Shown here: one piece after another, positions 21,358 to 21,616 of the stretch
Layout: each line of letters begins with the position of its first letter
How positions within the stretch are numbered: the first letter of the stretch is position 1
The notes under the pieces: generated by a model
The model's input: the letters and a program-made list of their open reading frames with translations, nothing else
Database searches by the model: none
Told to the model about the DNA's origin: nothing
Translations under genes and position numbers: made by a program
Assembly (NCBI RefSeq): GCF_006345805.1
Contig: NW_021823667.1
Span: 1-21,616 of the forward strand
DNA: 21,616 nt
DNA from: Octopus sinensis
Lineage: Eukaryota
Direction: 5' to 3'

Positions 21358-21616
21358 GAGTTTTTATAGAAATAAATAAAACTATATAAAATGTAAATAA
21401 ATATAAAATGAACATTTAATGTGGTTTTGACTGCTACTTCCAGCATGGTGGTATCTCTTAGATACTCTAAATTATAATTTTAAATAATTTTATATATATA
21501 AGTTATTAAAAATCAAGGAAAAATCCAGGTACATTTCAATAAACCGCTCAGTTTAAACTGAATTTGTTTAGCTATATCCAACACACACCAGTAAATGTAT
21601 GTAGAATGTGCATATA

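Overview
AT-rich eukaryotic intronic or intergenic DNA, saturated with microsatellites. The repeat families look like those of an octopus or other coleoid cephalopod (recognised from memory, not from a search). No intact host gene is supported, and almost all supplied ORFs are microsatellite translations. The window is mostly decayed mobile DNA: three tRNA-headed SINE families (about 16 copies or fragments, including a 184-bp tandem array), two R4/Dong-clade RLE LINE relics, one clear and one doubtful RTE-LINE relic, two internally deleted mariners, an (AAT)n-flanked 550-bp element and a small foldback-like relic. Four observations stand out. (1) Two divergent R4-clade LINEs sit head-to-tail at one (CATA)n array, with CATA-type sequence at every junction and a shared 3' UTR motif, which suggests a CATA-targeting retrotransposon lineage. 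(2) A ~200-bp non-coding insert carries a variant minimal hammerhead ribozyme of the Penelope type on the minus strand. (3) A tail-to-tail SINE pair shares private substitutions and could form a long dsRNA hairpin. (4) A SINE-derived 184-bp tandem array lies inside a cluster of same-orientation SINEs.
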